A stretch of 64,000 nucleotides of DNA from Chiloscyllium plagiosum (taxonomy: Eukaryota). The notes beneath the pieces are model-generated. The model was not told where the DNA came from and ran no database searches. It saw nothing but the letters and a program-made list of their open reading frames with translations. Below, piece by piece: positions 36,445 to 49,760 of this stretch. Numbering within the stretch: the first letter of the stretch is position 1; every line of letters begins with the position of its first letter. A program made the position numbers and the translations under genes. Location of the stretch: positions 6,104,841 through 6,168,840 of the forward strand of contig NC_057720.1 in the NCBI RefSeq assembly GCF_004010195.1, given 5' to 3'.

Positions 36445-38261
36445 TGTAACTTTTAACTTTGTCTACTCCAGTCCAACTCTGGCTCCACCTCGTCTTGCAA
36501 TTCTAATCTTATCGTGGATGGAAATCCCACTGCAGCGATGGGTGGAATTTAAATTCAACTAGCAATGGTCAAATCTGAAATGCAAAGGTCGCTGCAGCAA
36601 TGTGACCATGAAGCTGTCATCAGTTATTCAAAAGAAGAACCAGTCTGGTTCCGTGATATCGTTTCAGGAAGTAAATATGCTATTTCTGTCTGGATCCAAA
36701 TAATTTGCAAAGGTATGGGAATAAAGCAGGAGATTGGGGCATTGGGTAATGGTGCTCATTTGAAGAGCCAATGCGGGCAGGATGGGCCAAATGGCCTCCC
36801 TCTGTGTTGTAATACCTCTGTCATATAGTGTTGCTGGCTTGACCCGGCCTACATGTGTTTCAAGATCCACAGCAATGTGGCCTACCCTTAAGAGTCCTCA
36901 GAATGAGCCGAACAAGCCACTCTATTCAAGGTGAGCAATTTGGGAGAGGCAATGAATGTTGGGCAGTGAAAGAATCCATTGACTTATCGCATTGCTGTTT
37001 GTGACAAGTTGCAAATTGGCTGCTGTCTTTCTTATATTTTGAACAATATCTGTACTTCACTGGACGCAAAGCAGTCTGGAATCTGCAAAACATAGTGTTT
37101 TATGCTATCTAAATGGAAGATCTGCAGGTCACTTTACATTGCAACACTGGCTGTTGTGAAGAGGCAAGAGATTCAATTTTTCTTTCAATTACGACTTAAT
37201 TTCTGATGATTTGGTTACTTCAATTTGACAGGGACTGAAAAAGATATAGGGACTATGAAGAATTTAAGAGACGAGAGAGCAATAGACTTTTTTGTTTCCT
37301 CAAAGCTTATGTCGGCAAAGGATTATCCCGTTTAATTTTTCCTCAGTTTTGAACATTTTACAAGATGTTTTATGCTACACAGCCTCTGCGCATGAGACTG
37401 ATGGCGGAGGTGAGGAGCTCATGTTTCGAACAGATCTCTGCAAGGCAGAACACATTGTTTATGTAATCCGTTAGCATTTGAAAACAAGCCGCAGATTTGC
37501 TATTCATTTTGCTTATTCACCTGTGAGCAAGCCTTTTAAATTTGTGATTGCTGGTGACAAAACACATTACTGGGCGTTTATGTTACTCCATGTTGCAGTC
37601 AGTCAGTTTGTCTCAAGCTGCCGGTGAAGTGTAGCTGAAATCTGTGCTGAGTTGAATACAAAACTCCTTCCCTATCCATCTCCCTCCCCCCACGATTTCC
37701 CTCCAAGAGGGAATTGTATAAAAGCATCAGTGAGCTGACTAGCTGGGAGCCAGATAGGTTGACAACATTTCTGCCTTCAGGGACAATGGCAGATAAGCAT
37801 GACATACTGACAAATACTGTACTTGACTTTTTCTTCTCTACTGTGATAGGATAAGTGTTGCACATGGGATTACAAAGTCAATGGCTTCTTCCCTATTTAA
37901 ATGCCATGCGTATTAAAAACAGGTCCCAGTACAACATGATCAATCAGTTACTAATTTCTCCCGACCATTCATGTGCAAAGACACAAGACAAAGCTTTGGG
38001 TTCCGTGAGGCAGATGACACAAAAATGCAAAGACGCTATTAAGCATGCAGAAGCGGATCAGGAATACTTTGCAGCTGCTAATTGCGTTTTGAGACATTCG
38101 CTGAAGCAAGTGTGGTTTGTTTAGTTCGACGAAAGGCACAGGCACCTCTCTTTTAACCAGCCAAGTGAGAAGAGAATTGTGAGGCAGCAGATGGAGAGCA
38201 AACTGTGCGGTCACTTTCCTGACCAGTCAGCTCACTCTTCCAATGGAAGACCATTAGATGG

Positions 38262-38400
38262 TGTTCTGAGGAAAGGTCACGCGACCCAAAACATTAACTC
38301 TGATTTCTCTCCACAGATGCTGCCAAACCTGCTGAGCTTTTCCAGCAATTTCTGTTTTCATTTCTGATATTCAGCATCCACAGTTCTTTCGGTTTTCATA
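38262..38400 (+). repeat. PLE-terminus unit (family B)
   Basis: CTGAGGA-aaggtc-acgc-gaccc-aaaacattaactctg...ccacagatgctgccaaacctgctgagcttttccagc. Confidence 0.7.
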
Positions 38401-38475
38401 AGGTGATGTGTTGGGACACCTGATGTCTCGAGCCTGTTCCACCATTCATTAAGATCACAGCCTTAACTTCCACTT

Positions 38476-39242
38476 AGAGTCATAGAGTTGTAGAGTCATA
38501 GAGTCCTATAGAATGGAGACAGGCCCTTTAGCCAAAACTGGTCCATATTGACCAAAATGTCCATCCACTTTAATCCCATTTCCCTGCACTTGGCCCATAT
38601 CCTTCTAAGTCAGACAGTGTGGCATTGGAAAAGAACAGCAGGTCAGGCAACATCCGAGGAGCAGGAAAATGAATGTTTTGGATATAAGCCCTTCATCAAG
38701 GGCTCTTGCCTGAAATGTTGATTCTCCTGCTCCTCGGATGCTGCCTGACCTGCTGTGCTTTGCTAGCACCACGCTCTCTGACTCTGACCTCCAGCATATG
38801 TAGACTTCACTTTTTCCATACCCTTCTAAACCTTTCCTATCCATGTATTTGTCCAAATGCCTTTTAAATGTTGTTAATGTACCTGCCTCAACCACTTCCG
38901 CTGGCAGCTCATTCTATGAATGTACCATCCTCTGTGTAAAAAAGATTCCCCTCAGGTTCCCTTTTATTCTTTCCCCTCTAACCTTAAACTGATGCCCTCT
39001 AGTCCTCGATTCCCCAACCCTGGGAAGACTGAGTGCATTCACCCTATCCATGCCTCTCCTAATTGTATGCACCTCTATAATGTGCCCCCTCAGTCTCCTA
39101 CGCTCTAAAGAAAAAAGTCCTAGCTTGTCCAACCTCTCCCTGTAACTCAAACCCTTGAGTCCGGGCAACATCCTTGTAAATTTCTTCTGCACTCTTTCCA
39201 GTTTAATAACATCCTTCCTATAGCAAGGTGATCAAAACTTGC
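38476..39242 (-). mobile_element. CR1 3' fragment with nested palindromic PLE-terminus insert
   Basis: KKFTRMLPGL...ESRTRGHQFKV...FFTQRMV; tail agagtcatagag. Confidence 0.9.
38609..38815. mobile_element. Palindromic PLE-terminus insert (family A) with 14-bp TSD
   Basis: CCATATCCTTCTAA (38595-38608) and CCATACCCTTCTAA (38816-38829); inverted arms cagcaggtcaggcaacatccgaggagcagga / tcctgctcctcggatgctgcctgacctgctg. Confidence 0.88.
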
Positions 39243-39996
39243 AGCTTATCCCTCATAACCCCAGAGACCAGGTAATGCTCTGGGTTCCAGGTCCACTCAC
39301 AGTAGATGGAATTTGAATGCAGTAAAAATCTGAATTAAAGAGTTTAATGGTGACCATGAAATGGTTGCCCATTGTCAGGAAAGTTCCACCTGACCCAACA
39401 ATGCCCTTTCGGAAAGGAAACTACTGTCCTACATGTGGACATACACTGCCTCTGGGCAATGAATAAAAATAAATATGTGGCCCCCTCTGATTTCTCTGGG
39501 AAAGAGGATTCCCAAGACCCTTTAAAAGGATAAAAGTCCTCCTCATATCCATTTTAAATGGGAGAGCTCTTATTCCAGAGTCTCCCGTGAGGGGAAACAT
39601 CCTCTTAGTATCTGTCAGGTGTGGTAAATTCAGAGACATAAAACAGTCAATACAGTACAGTATCCCCCTCAGGACTGTGTCACACACATTTCCTCCCAGC
39701 CCATCACCAGATCCTTGCTACCTCATGAGGTCATCCTGCTTCGCCTGAGGTTGGTCAATGATCTCCATCTCAACTACTTAACCCCAGTTCCACATTCTCT
39801 GGATGAAGACATTCCTCCTGAATTTTCTATCAGAGCATGCAGTGATTGTTTTCCTTTTGCAGCTTCCTCAATTAGCCAAAACAACTTTACCTCTATCTCA
39901 GCAAAGCCATTTATAATTTTAAAATTTACTGATAGTTCATGCCTCTTCCAGAGTGGAGATCCTGCTTGTTCAGTTGCATGTCACAGCCTCTCAGTT

Positions 39997-40540
39997 AGAG
40001 TCATAGAGTCACAGAGATGTACAGTACGGAAACAGACCCTTCGGTCCAACTCGTCTTTGCCGACCAGATATTCTAACCTAATCTAGTCTCATTTGACAGC
40101 ACTTGGCCTTTATCCCTCTACACCCTTCCTTTTCATGTACCCATCCAGATGCCTTTTACATGCTGTAATTGTACTAGCCTCCACCACTTCCTCTGGCAGC
40201 TCATTCCATATACTCAACACCCTCTGTGTGAAAGGTTGCCCCTCGGGTCCCTTTTAAGTCATTTCCCTCTCACCTTGAAACTATGCCCTCTCGTTTGTAT
40301 GAGATCTCTCTCATTCTTCTAAACTTCAATGAGTATAATGCTAACTGACTCAATCTCCCCTCATATATCAGTCCTACTACCCCTGGAATCAGCATGGGAA
40401 ACCTTCTCTGTACTCCCTCTCGAGCAAGAACAGCCTTCCTCAGATAAGGAGACCAAAACCGCACACAATATTCTAGGTGTGGTCACACCAAGGCCTTGCA
40501 TAAGTACAGCTCCTGTACTCAAAGCCTCTTGCTATGGAGG
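39997..40540 (-). mobile_element. Two adjacent CR1 fragments
   Basis: CR1 tail at 39997; RFWSPYLRKAVLAREGVQRRF at 40290-40464. Confidence 0.83.
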
Positions 40541-41337
40541 TCAGTTTGTCTTGTTTGCTGCCTTTCCATAGATACTCCACAGTGTATCCTCTATCACTGA
40601 TCACGAGATAGATCCGAGACAAAGAAAGGTAAAGGGTGATTAACGACAGCGAGCTACACTGATCCAGTACTACCCACAGGTAGCAGTGGCAAATACTGCA
40701 AGGTATCAGGAGAGGTTATCTATGAAAATGTCACTTTGTCCAGTCCCTCTGTATCAATTATTACATTCCAGGAAACCAAATGCTGCAGCAGCTTTCTGGA
40801 GATTACACAATTTATTGAGATGCATTATCTTATGCTTTATTTGCTGATGAATTTAGTTTTTGTTGATATTACTTGTATTCTTATGAGGATTATACACCCA
40901 GGAATATGGTGTGGCAGTACAACAGGAAGACAACATCCCTCAAGTGAAAAAGAGAAGTGCTTTTGCGAGGATCTCTGGGGACCATATCTTCACAGATGGC
41001 TAGAGATGGCAAATGACATCAAGCCCAATTAAAAACAGCAGCACATCTGGATTCTGCTCAATATTCAAATAAACTAAAGGTTTGGAAGTGAATGAAGATG
41101 CTTAAAATTAAATTCCCTCAAGCGAAGGTAGATAAGCCTGCTTGTGCATTGATGGTTTGGAGCAACCATTTCTGTTCCAAATAGTAGTATGGGCAAGCCA
41201 AGATTATATTTTGTACACTTTTCTATGTTTGTCCTTTGCTCCTAAAGTTCAGGTATAGTAGGCTCAGTTTCTCGTATTAAGTACAGGCACCCAACTCCCT
41301 CCCCCCACACCCCCCCCCCCACCTCCTGAAATGGGCG

Positions 41338-41505
41338 TGTACACACACAAAATACAGGCACATACTCACAGACATACACAGAAATGCAAACACACACACA
41401 ACGCATACTCCTACCCACCTTGAAATACAGACACACATACTCACAGACACACACACACAAACAAATACAGATGCACATGTTCACACATGCACACACAGAC
41501 ACAGC
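41338..41505. repeat. Imperfect (CA)n microsatellite, preceded by a poly-C tract
   Basis: Seen directly. Confidence 0.9.
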
Positions 41506-42569
41506 ATTCATTATTTGAAAAGGAGCTGTTTCTGAGCCTTTTAGAGCACAATAAAGACTGGGGCACAGGAAAAACGAAGTGGGTAAAAGTATGATTGAAG
41601 AAGATTTCTTTAGAAGGATCACTGTAGACATATGACAAGGTAGAGAGGTTAAAGGGGAAGTTAGAGGCAATTTAAAAAGGTTTTACACATAATCTTGGAG
41701 ACAGAAATGATTGGTGATATGAAGGTCAGAAGGTGTGTAAAGAGTTACCTAAAAGGTTTGTGCCATTTGGACTGAATAACATTTTCCGTTCCTATATTAC
41801 TGCTGGAATACATTTCAAAATGCCCTTTATTGGCTGCAAAATGCTTTGACATATCCTGAGCTCACGATGGGTGATATACAGATATGAACCTTTCTTTTGC
41901 TTCATCCTCTGAAATTCTTGAGTTAGGTTTTGAATATCTCAGCTGTGTGTGAGAGTCCAACCTGGCATTATGTGGATCGTCGATTGCCAACCTCACCTTT
42001 AATGTATGTAGCCAGCCACTTCATGGCCAGGAATAGGCAGTGCGGCCAATTTCACAGACAGAGCATGGCGTTGGTACCAGGGGGAAGTGGATAGTGTCAC
42101 CACTCAATATTAGAGCAGTCACAGCCAACATCATCTCCTGAAAGGCTGCCCTGTCAATGCACCGTGCAGGCTGGACCAGAAAGCACCCTTTTCGTTATAT
42201 TAGCTCATAGTTGTGAAAGGGTTAAAAACAGAGACCGTTAGGTTCCACCCAATCTGATGATCTCAGGTGGAGATGCAAGAATCCAGATAGAGATCCGGAT
42301 GGGGCCAGACATGTCCCCCTCTTATTTTTTTATTTTCTCTCAAATATACACACACAAACACACACACACCAGCAATTATTGCCCATCCCTAGTTGCCCCT
42401 TGAGAAGGTGATAGTGAGCTGCCAATTGAGCCGCTGCAGTTCATATGCTGTAGGTAGACCCACAATGCCCTGAGTGAGGGCACACACTATGTCTCCTGAT
42501 ATTCTGAGTGATTAAATTTAACTAGCTAATGGAAACGTAACTGTTTTCAAGTTAAGTGCCTCTTCTTAT

Positions 42570-42825
42570 AGTCGTGGAGTCATAGAGATGTACAGCATTA
42601 AAACAGACCCTTCGGGCAATCTGTCCATGCTGACCAGATATCCCAACTAAATCTAGTCCCACCTGCCAGCACCCATCCCATATCCCTCCAAACCCTTCCT
42701 ATTCATATACCCATCCAAATGCCTCTTAAGTGTTGCAATTGTACCAGCCTCCACCACTTACTCTGGCAGCTCATTCCATACACGTACCACCCTCTCTGTG
42801 AAAATGTTGCCCCTTAGGTCTCTTT
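42570..42825 (-). mobile_element. CR1 3' end
   Basis: Near-identical to 23652-23872. Confidence 0.88.
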
Positions 42826-43235
42826 CACTTACTCTCTAACCCTACCACTGTAAGCTAAACTGGCCCGTTAACCCAATAGAAAGAGCAGGTAACAAAGTGA
42901 ATTCAGAACCTTTGATCCAGAAAAGATTCACAAGAGTGTTGCCAGGGTTGGAGGGTTTGAGCTATAGGGAGAGGTTGAATAGGCTGGGGCTATTTTCCCT
43001 GGAAGGTCAGAAGCTGAAGGGTGACCTTATTGAGGTTTAAAAAATCATGAGGGGCATGGACAGGGTGAATAGCCAAGGTCTTTTCCCTAGGATAGGTGAG
43101 TCCAAAACTAGAGGGCATAGGTTTCAGGTGAGAGGGGAAGAGTTAAAAATGATCTGATGGACAACCTTTTCATGCAGAGGGTGGTGTGTGTATAGAATGA
43201 GCTGCCAGAAGAAGTGATGGAGGTTGGTACAATTG

Positions 43236-43365
43236 GGGAGAGAGTGAGGTCTGCAGATGCTGGAGATCAGAGCTGGAAATGTGTTGCTGGAAAGGCGCAT
43301 CAGGTCAGGCAGCATCCAGGGAACAGGAGAATCAACGTTTCGGGCATAAGCCCTTCTTCAGGAAA
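43236..43365 (-). mobile_element. Short PLE-terminus insert (family A) with exact 10-bp TSD
   Basis: GGTACAATTG at 43226-43235 and 43366-43375. Confidence 0.9.
43328..43364 (-). ncRNA. Putative minimal hammerhead ribozyme (PLE type)
   Basis: Minus strand: TTC-CTGAAGA-A-GGGC-TTAT-GCCC-GAAA-CGTT-GATTC; intact core boxes, perfect stem II, palindromic AACGTT stem III. Confidence 0.65.
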
Positions 43366-43593
43366 GGTACAATTGCACCATTTAAAAGGCATCTGGATGG
43401 GTATATGAATAGGAAGGGTTGAGAGGGATACGGGTCAAATGCTGACAAATGGGACTAGACTAATTTAGAATAGCTGGTCAGCATGGACGAGTTGGACCAA
43501 AAGGTCTGTTTCCATGCTGTACATCTCCATGACTCTGTGACTCTATGACACCACATAGCTAACTATGCAACCTCACTGCCTGTATCGTGAATG

Positions 43594-44205
43594 TGTGACG
43601 AGGTTGTCACTTTAAATAAAAGGTTATTTTGACCTGGGTTGTTGTGAAGAGAGGTTGTAAAGGCAGAGGTGCTGAAGTGGCTATGGGAGACAGCGTACTT
43701 CAATAATTTATGAAGTCTTCGGGTTTTTTTTTAAAGTTTAACAATGGAAGGGGAGTGGCCAGTCCTTCCAGATCAGGATTTTTAGGTTTTTAGCTGGACC
43801 AGTCAGTAGCTGCTTGGGTCCCAGAAGCTTCAGTAAAATGATTCCTAGCTGTTACTTTCTCTGAAATCTTTCTTGATGTTGTTTCCTCCTAGATTGGAAA
43901 ACTGCATCTAAGACTCTGTGTATTAATGTACCTTTTTGCAAATGGGTATGTTTATGGGATGTTACTATGATAGAACAGTTAATTAATAATTAGTTTTCCA
44001 ATGGGTATTCTAAATTGCTCTTTCTTTTGTTTGTATTTTGACTGTAGTGTTTAAATAAATTGTGTTTTGCGAAACATCGAGCACTTTGACCTGTCACTTC
44101 ACATTTGGAACACACACTTCACATCTGCCTTTAAAATAAGAAAAGGTTAGGGTGTAGGCTATCTTCTTGAAATAGTTTGAGAGGGTTTGGGTCTGGTCCA
44201 TAACA
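43594..44205 (+). mobile_element. Solo LTR (612 bp)
   Basis: TGTGACG...CCATAACA, AATAAA near 44055, flanks AATG/ACTG; uninterrupted homologue of the flanks at about 46862-46951. Confidence 0.72.
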
Positions 44206-45837
44206 ACTGGAAGAGCTTTCCAGACAAGTGAGCTGGGGACCGAGGTAAATTCCTACAGTTGGTTCTGGTATTACATGTGTTTCTTCAACGTAAATTGACT
44301 ATAATGTGATTGAAGAACTTAGACCACAATTTGTGGAATACAATCTTTCCTTGTCTGTATTGGCTATAACATGATTCTGGCCTCATTGGTTTAAAGGGTG
44401 CTGCTATTATACGATTTTCTTATAACGTGGAATTGCACAGGAATGGAACTATATCGTTATATCAGAACAGATGGTACTTTCAAGATTCCAGATGACTGGA
44501 ATGACTAGGTATCATTCTCCAATACGTACCAGCCAGCATGCCTCCTCATGGCAGTCATTGGCTGCCCATTGCCTAACCTGCCACCCACAGAGGGTATCAC
44601 TCCTCTGAAAGCTCGTTGTGTGACTGTCATTTATCTCTCTCCCGTGCTGTCAAACCGGGCACAGCCACCAGCATTCACATACTGGTACCGGGTGCAAGGG
44701 AAAAATGTGACTGTCCATGCTCTGATCCTCCCCCGTCGGCCTCATAGCTTGGCGTTGCTTCCTGTATCTGCTGCAGGTGCTCCTCCTGGGGGAAGCAATA
44801 ACAGGAGAGTTGTGTGCACCTTCATTCTTGGTGAAAGGGTTTGCTGAGTCATGCTTCCTCATGGAAGGGTCCAAATGATTGAATACAGTTCAGAGAAGGT
44901 TAACCAGACTCATACTCACATTGGGTGAGTTGTCTTATGAGGAAAGTTTGGACAGGCTGTATCTGCTGGATGTTAAAAGAGAAAGAGATGATTTGATCAA
45001 GATCTTATCGCATGGTGGGAGTGGGATAGCCCTGTTCCTATTTGTATATCCTCCTTTACATGGCAATGATGCATAGCCCAAACGATGAAGTGTTCACTGA
45101 TGACATGAGCACATCTTCTTTGCCTTCTTGCCAAAACAATGGCTCAAATGGGGATGGAAATGGTCGGCTCAATTGAAATTTGTTTAGTTTTCAAAGATTC
45201 TCTGCTAAATTCATCGACAGTGATACTCGTTAACCTTTTCAACACCATGTCACATTGCCTGTAGGTTAATGTTTTATCCCAAGCATTTGGATTCACAACA
45301 ACTTTAACCAGTGGTTAATGAGATTTTTCCAATTCTGGGTGTGCTGGCAATTTCAGTGACCACTCTCCCTACAATTGCTACAGCGAACCGATGTGACAGC
45401 ATTGTGCTTGTTCTTACGGGGAGGAAGCAAGGGCCACATGGTATTGTTGCTAGACTGTTAATACAGACTCCCAGATAATGTTCTGAGAACTTGGGGTGAA
45501 TCCTGGCACAGTAGATGGTAGAGCTGGAATTCAATTTTATTTTAGATCTGGAATTAAGAGTTCAAAGATGCCCATGCATCATCTGATGACAAGGAAACTG
45601 TCATCCTTACCTGGCCTGGCCTCCATGTGACTCCAGCTTCACAGCAACATGATTGACTCCTAACTGCTTTATGGACAGTTAGGGATGGGCATTAAATACT
45701 GGCCTCGCCAGTGACGTCCATATCCCATGAATGAATAAAAACATTTTGGTGGATTTTCACAGTGGCATACGCCAATCCCACTTTGCGAATGTAAACTTCT
45801 GCCTCCCCCCTTCCCCCCCCCACCTCCCCCGCCTTAT

Positions 45838-46672
45838 GACAATAGACAATAGACAATAGGTGCAGGAGTAGGCCATTCAGCCCTTCGAGCCTGTACCGCC
45901 ATTCAACATGATCATGGCTGATCATTCCTAATCAGTATCCTGTTCCTTCAGTCTTCTAAAGTCAAGGGTATACAAGCCCAGTCGATTCAGTCTTTCCATG
46001 TAAGGTAATCTCGCCATTCCAGGAATTGACCTCGTGAACCTACACTGCACTCCCTCAATAGCCAGAATGTCCTTCCTCAGATTTGGAGACCAGAACTGCA
46101 CGCAGTACTCCAGGTATGGTCTCACCAGGGTCCTGTACAGCTGCAGAAGCACCTCTTTGCTTCTATACTCAATCCCTCTTGTTATGAAGGCCACCATGCA
46201 ATTAGCCTTCTTCACTACCTACTGTACCTACATGCTTGCCTTCATTGACTGGTGTACAAGAACACCCAGATCTCTCTGTACTTCCCCCTTTACCTAAATT
46301 GATTCCATTGAGGTAGTAATCTGCCTTCCTGTTCTTGCCACCAGAGTGGATAACCATACATTTATCCACATTAAACTGCATCTGCCATGCATCTGCCCAC
46401 TCACCTATCTTGTCCAGGTCACCCTGTAATCTCCTAACATCCTCATCACATTTCACCCTGCCACCCAGCTTTGTATCATCAGCAAATTTGTTAATGTTAT
46501 TGCTATACTCCTATAGTTGGATAGAGCTCCCAAAGATAGTGGAATCAAGGGTTATGGAGATAAGGCAGGAACAGGATACTGATTATGAATGATCAGCCAT
46601 GATCATGTTGAATGGCGGTGCAGGCTCGAAGGGCTGAATGGCCTACTCCTGCACCTATTGTCTATTGTCTAT
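45838..46672. mobile_element. Rearranged CR1 with outward-facing 3' tails at both ends
   Basis: Minus-strand tail plus RT fragment (45838-46497) and plus-strand 3' UTR (about 46520-46672); about 105-bp inverted terminal arms with (CTATTGT)n tails. Confidence 0.85.
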
Positions 46673-47459
46673 GCCTTCCTATACTCTCCAGGAATTGTCC
46701 AGGAAGTTTTTGAGAAGAGAGATTTTGCTGTCAGGTTTCTTGTCAGATAATGAAAAGGAGCACAAAGGATCAACTTCACCTCTCCACAACTGCTCAATGT
46801 TGATGGCTGACTCACTCATTTCAGGAAGAGAATGTTGCTCTGCATCTCATAACTGACAAACCCAGCACAGCTAACTGTGTATCTTCACTGCCTTTTAGTG
46901 AGTGGAAGAGTTTTCCAGACAAATTAGCTGGGGACCGAGGTATATTCCTACCTTCAAGATTAATGAAATGCAGAACTGCACTGCACAAACAACAAAGAGC
47001 AGGGCAGTTGGATGATGAATTATGGATTTAAATATCTATCTCGACTTGGCAAGTCTGAAAAATACGAGACAAATTAATTATGTAGAAGGTACAAAGGGGT
47101 GAATGTCCACCTAACCATATTTCAAACAAAAGGGTTAAGTTCTACAAAATTGTTATAAAATTTTAACTTGGGTGAGGTGACCCATAATCTTATAGAATAA
47201 AGCAAATGAGTTAGAAGCACAGACTCAGTTTAAAGGGGAAATCATAGAGCTTTCATATCATGGAGACATTACTACAAGCTGCCTGTGGATGGGAGCTCAG
47301 TATTTCTGGCTGTAGTGTATTAATGTGGCAGAGTAGGAGTGACAAAAGATACAATGACCATCAGATGTTGGAAATAGTATAGGCAAGGAAAAAAATGAAT
47401 GGATAATGTAAGGCTAAAATAGCAGTTATCCACAGAGCAGGCAGGAGTGGGTGTTGTGG

Positions 47460-47690
47460 GGTAAGGACGGTTACCTCAGTTAGATGGGCAGATGATCTGC
47501 AATGCAAAGTTACACCAACCACGTGAGCTCCATCCCTGTGCCAATTGGGGTTACCATGAAGGACTCTGCCTCTCTACCTCTTCCCGCACTTGAGGCATGG
47601 TGACCCTCAGGTTGAACCACCACCAGGTGATCCTCTCTCCACTGGGAGAGCAGCCCCTACAGTCCAGTAGGACTATGGTGACTTTATAAT
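47460..47690 (+). mobile_element. Probable old tRNA-derived SINE, family unassigned
   Basis: Degenerate A/B-box-like head (cctcagttagatgg...gtgagctccatccc); body ggtgaccctcaggttgaaccaccacca; end ggactatggtgacttta. Confidence 0.4.
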
Positions 47691-47889
47691 TACTACAGAT
47701 CTCCAGACAGTAGTGATAGGAGATATATAATTATAGAGAACAAGGAAGGAAAATAGTTGTAATGAGAGATTTTAAATTTCACACAGCCTAGGAGAAGCAG
47801 AACAATGCAAATATTAAATACAATGAATTTCAAGGGTATGGGTCATGCCAGACTTAGTGATAAGGAATAGACCAAAATTAGTTTACATT

Positions 47890-48262
47890 GAGTCATAGAG
47901 TCATACAGCACAGAAACAGACCCTTCAGTCCAACTCATCCATGTCGACCAAAACATTCTGAACTAAACTAATCCTATTCATCTCTTAACCCTTCCTATTC
48001 ATGTACCTGTCCAAATGTCTTTTAAATGTTATAGCTATACCAGCCTCTATCATTTCCTCTGGTAGTTCATTCCATACACGCACCATGGTCTGTCTGAAAA
48101 AGTTGCCCGTTTTGTCCCTTCTGAATCTTCTCCATCTCACCTTACACTTATACCCTCTAATTTTGGATTCCCCAACGCTGGGGAAAAGACCTTATCTATT
48201 CACCCTATCCATGCCACTCATGATTGTATAAACCTCTGTAAGGTCACTCTCCTATGCTCCAG
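47890..48262 (-). mobile_element. CR1 3' fragment
   Basis: gagtcatagagtcatacagc tail; reverse-complement WNELP and RGMDRVN motifs. Confidence 0.85.
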
Positions 48263-49052
48263 GGAGGCCATACCTTGCAGATGGTAATTATCATTTGACT
48301 GAATATTAGGTTTAAGAGAGAAGGGAGAATCATAAATCATGGTTTCAAATTTAGGTTAGGCAAACTTTGCTGCTGCTTCTTGTAGCGGCTCTGAGGATAT
48401 TAGGGATATTTTGGTCTATTGCACTCATCCTTTTTTCACCATAATTGCACATCCACTGCAGCTCATCTGCAAATGGTCTTTCACATCTATCAATCAGGTA
48501 CGTTGAGGTTGACCCCTATTTCTGCTCCTCTCCAGTTGAACCGCAATTAGGGTGTAGGCTTTGCCTTCAATAAGTTAATTGTATCTGATTTGGCAGATCT
48601 GATGACTTATGTTAACACTCATAATACAAGTACAAGGTAACGTGGTATTGAAAGATTCAACAGGCACTTATTATAGACTCTGCTATACACAAATATCTTA
48701 GTCAGTCACAATTTAGTCTTGTACTAATGTTAAGCGAGTCAGTTGCAAAGACTAGCATGTTATGCTTCAAGTTAAGATGGAGTCTGAGACTTTGTATCCT
48801 AGTCACTGCAATAATTCAGTGATGATGTCATGAACATGTCCCTTAAAGGTAAGCCACATACTGACTGTGAGACATGACACAACAGCATTTTGCCCTCAAG
48901 AAGAAATCTCTGCAGCATTTGGTTGTTTGCATTTCCCCCATGGGAAACCTGGGCAATAAATAAGGATTGCGAGAAGAAAATAGTGACGTTTGAAATGTGG
49001 ATGATAAGGTGTATGCTAGAGGTGTCATATACAGACCATCAGGCAAATAGGA

Positions 49053-49760
49053 AGTCATAGAGTCACCGAGATGTACAGCACGGAACTAGACCTTTCAGTC
49101 CAACTCGTCCATGCCAAACAGATATCCAAACCCAATCTAGTCCGATATGCCAGCACTTGGCACATATCCCTCTAAACCCTTCCTATTCATATACCCATCC
49201 AAATGCCTTTTAAATGTTGCAATTGTACCAGCCTCCACCTGGTGCAGGCTCGAAGGGCAGAATGGCCTACTCCTGCACCTACTGTCTATTGTCTATTGTA
49301 AATCTTTTCTGAACATTTTCAAGTTTCACAACATCTTTCTGACAGGAAGGAGAGCAGAATTGCACGCAATATTCCAAAAATGGCCTTACCAACATCCTGT
49401 ACAGCTGCAAAATGACCTCCCAACTCCTGTACTCAATACTCTGACTAATAATGGAAAGCATATCAAATGCTGCCTTCACTATCCTATCTGTCTGCGACTC
49501 CACTTTCAAGTAGCTATGAACCTACACTCCAAGGTCTCTTTGTTCAACAACACTCCCGAGGACCTTACCATTTAGTGTATAAGTCCTGCTAAGAATTGCT
49601 TTTCCAAAATGCAACACCTCGCATTTATCTGAATTAAACTCCATCTGCCACTCCTCATCCCATTGGCCCATCTGATCAAGATCCCATTGTAGTCTGAGGT
49701 AACCTTCTTTACTGTCCACTACACCTCCAATTTTGGTGTCATCTGCAAACTTACTAACTA
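49053..49760 (-). mobile_element. CR1 fragment (RT to 3' end) with internal deletion filled by an opposite-strand CR1 tail (49240-49298)
   Basis: VSKFADDTKIGG, LYRMLVRPFLEYCVQF; filler ggtgcaggctcgaagggc...ctattgtctattg matches 46618-46670. Confidence 0.87.

Larger units (their letters stand above)
42917..43548 (+). mobile_element. CR1 3' fragment with nested hammerhead-bearing insert
   Basis: QKRFTRVLPGL...RGHRF; tail ctccatgactctgtgactctatga. Confidence 0.9.
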
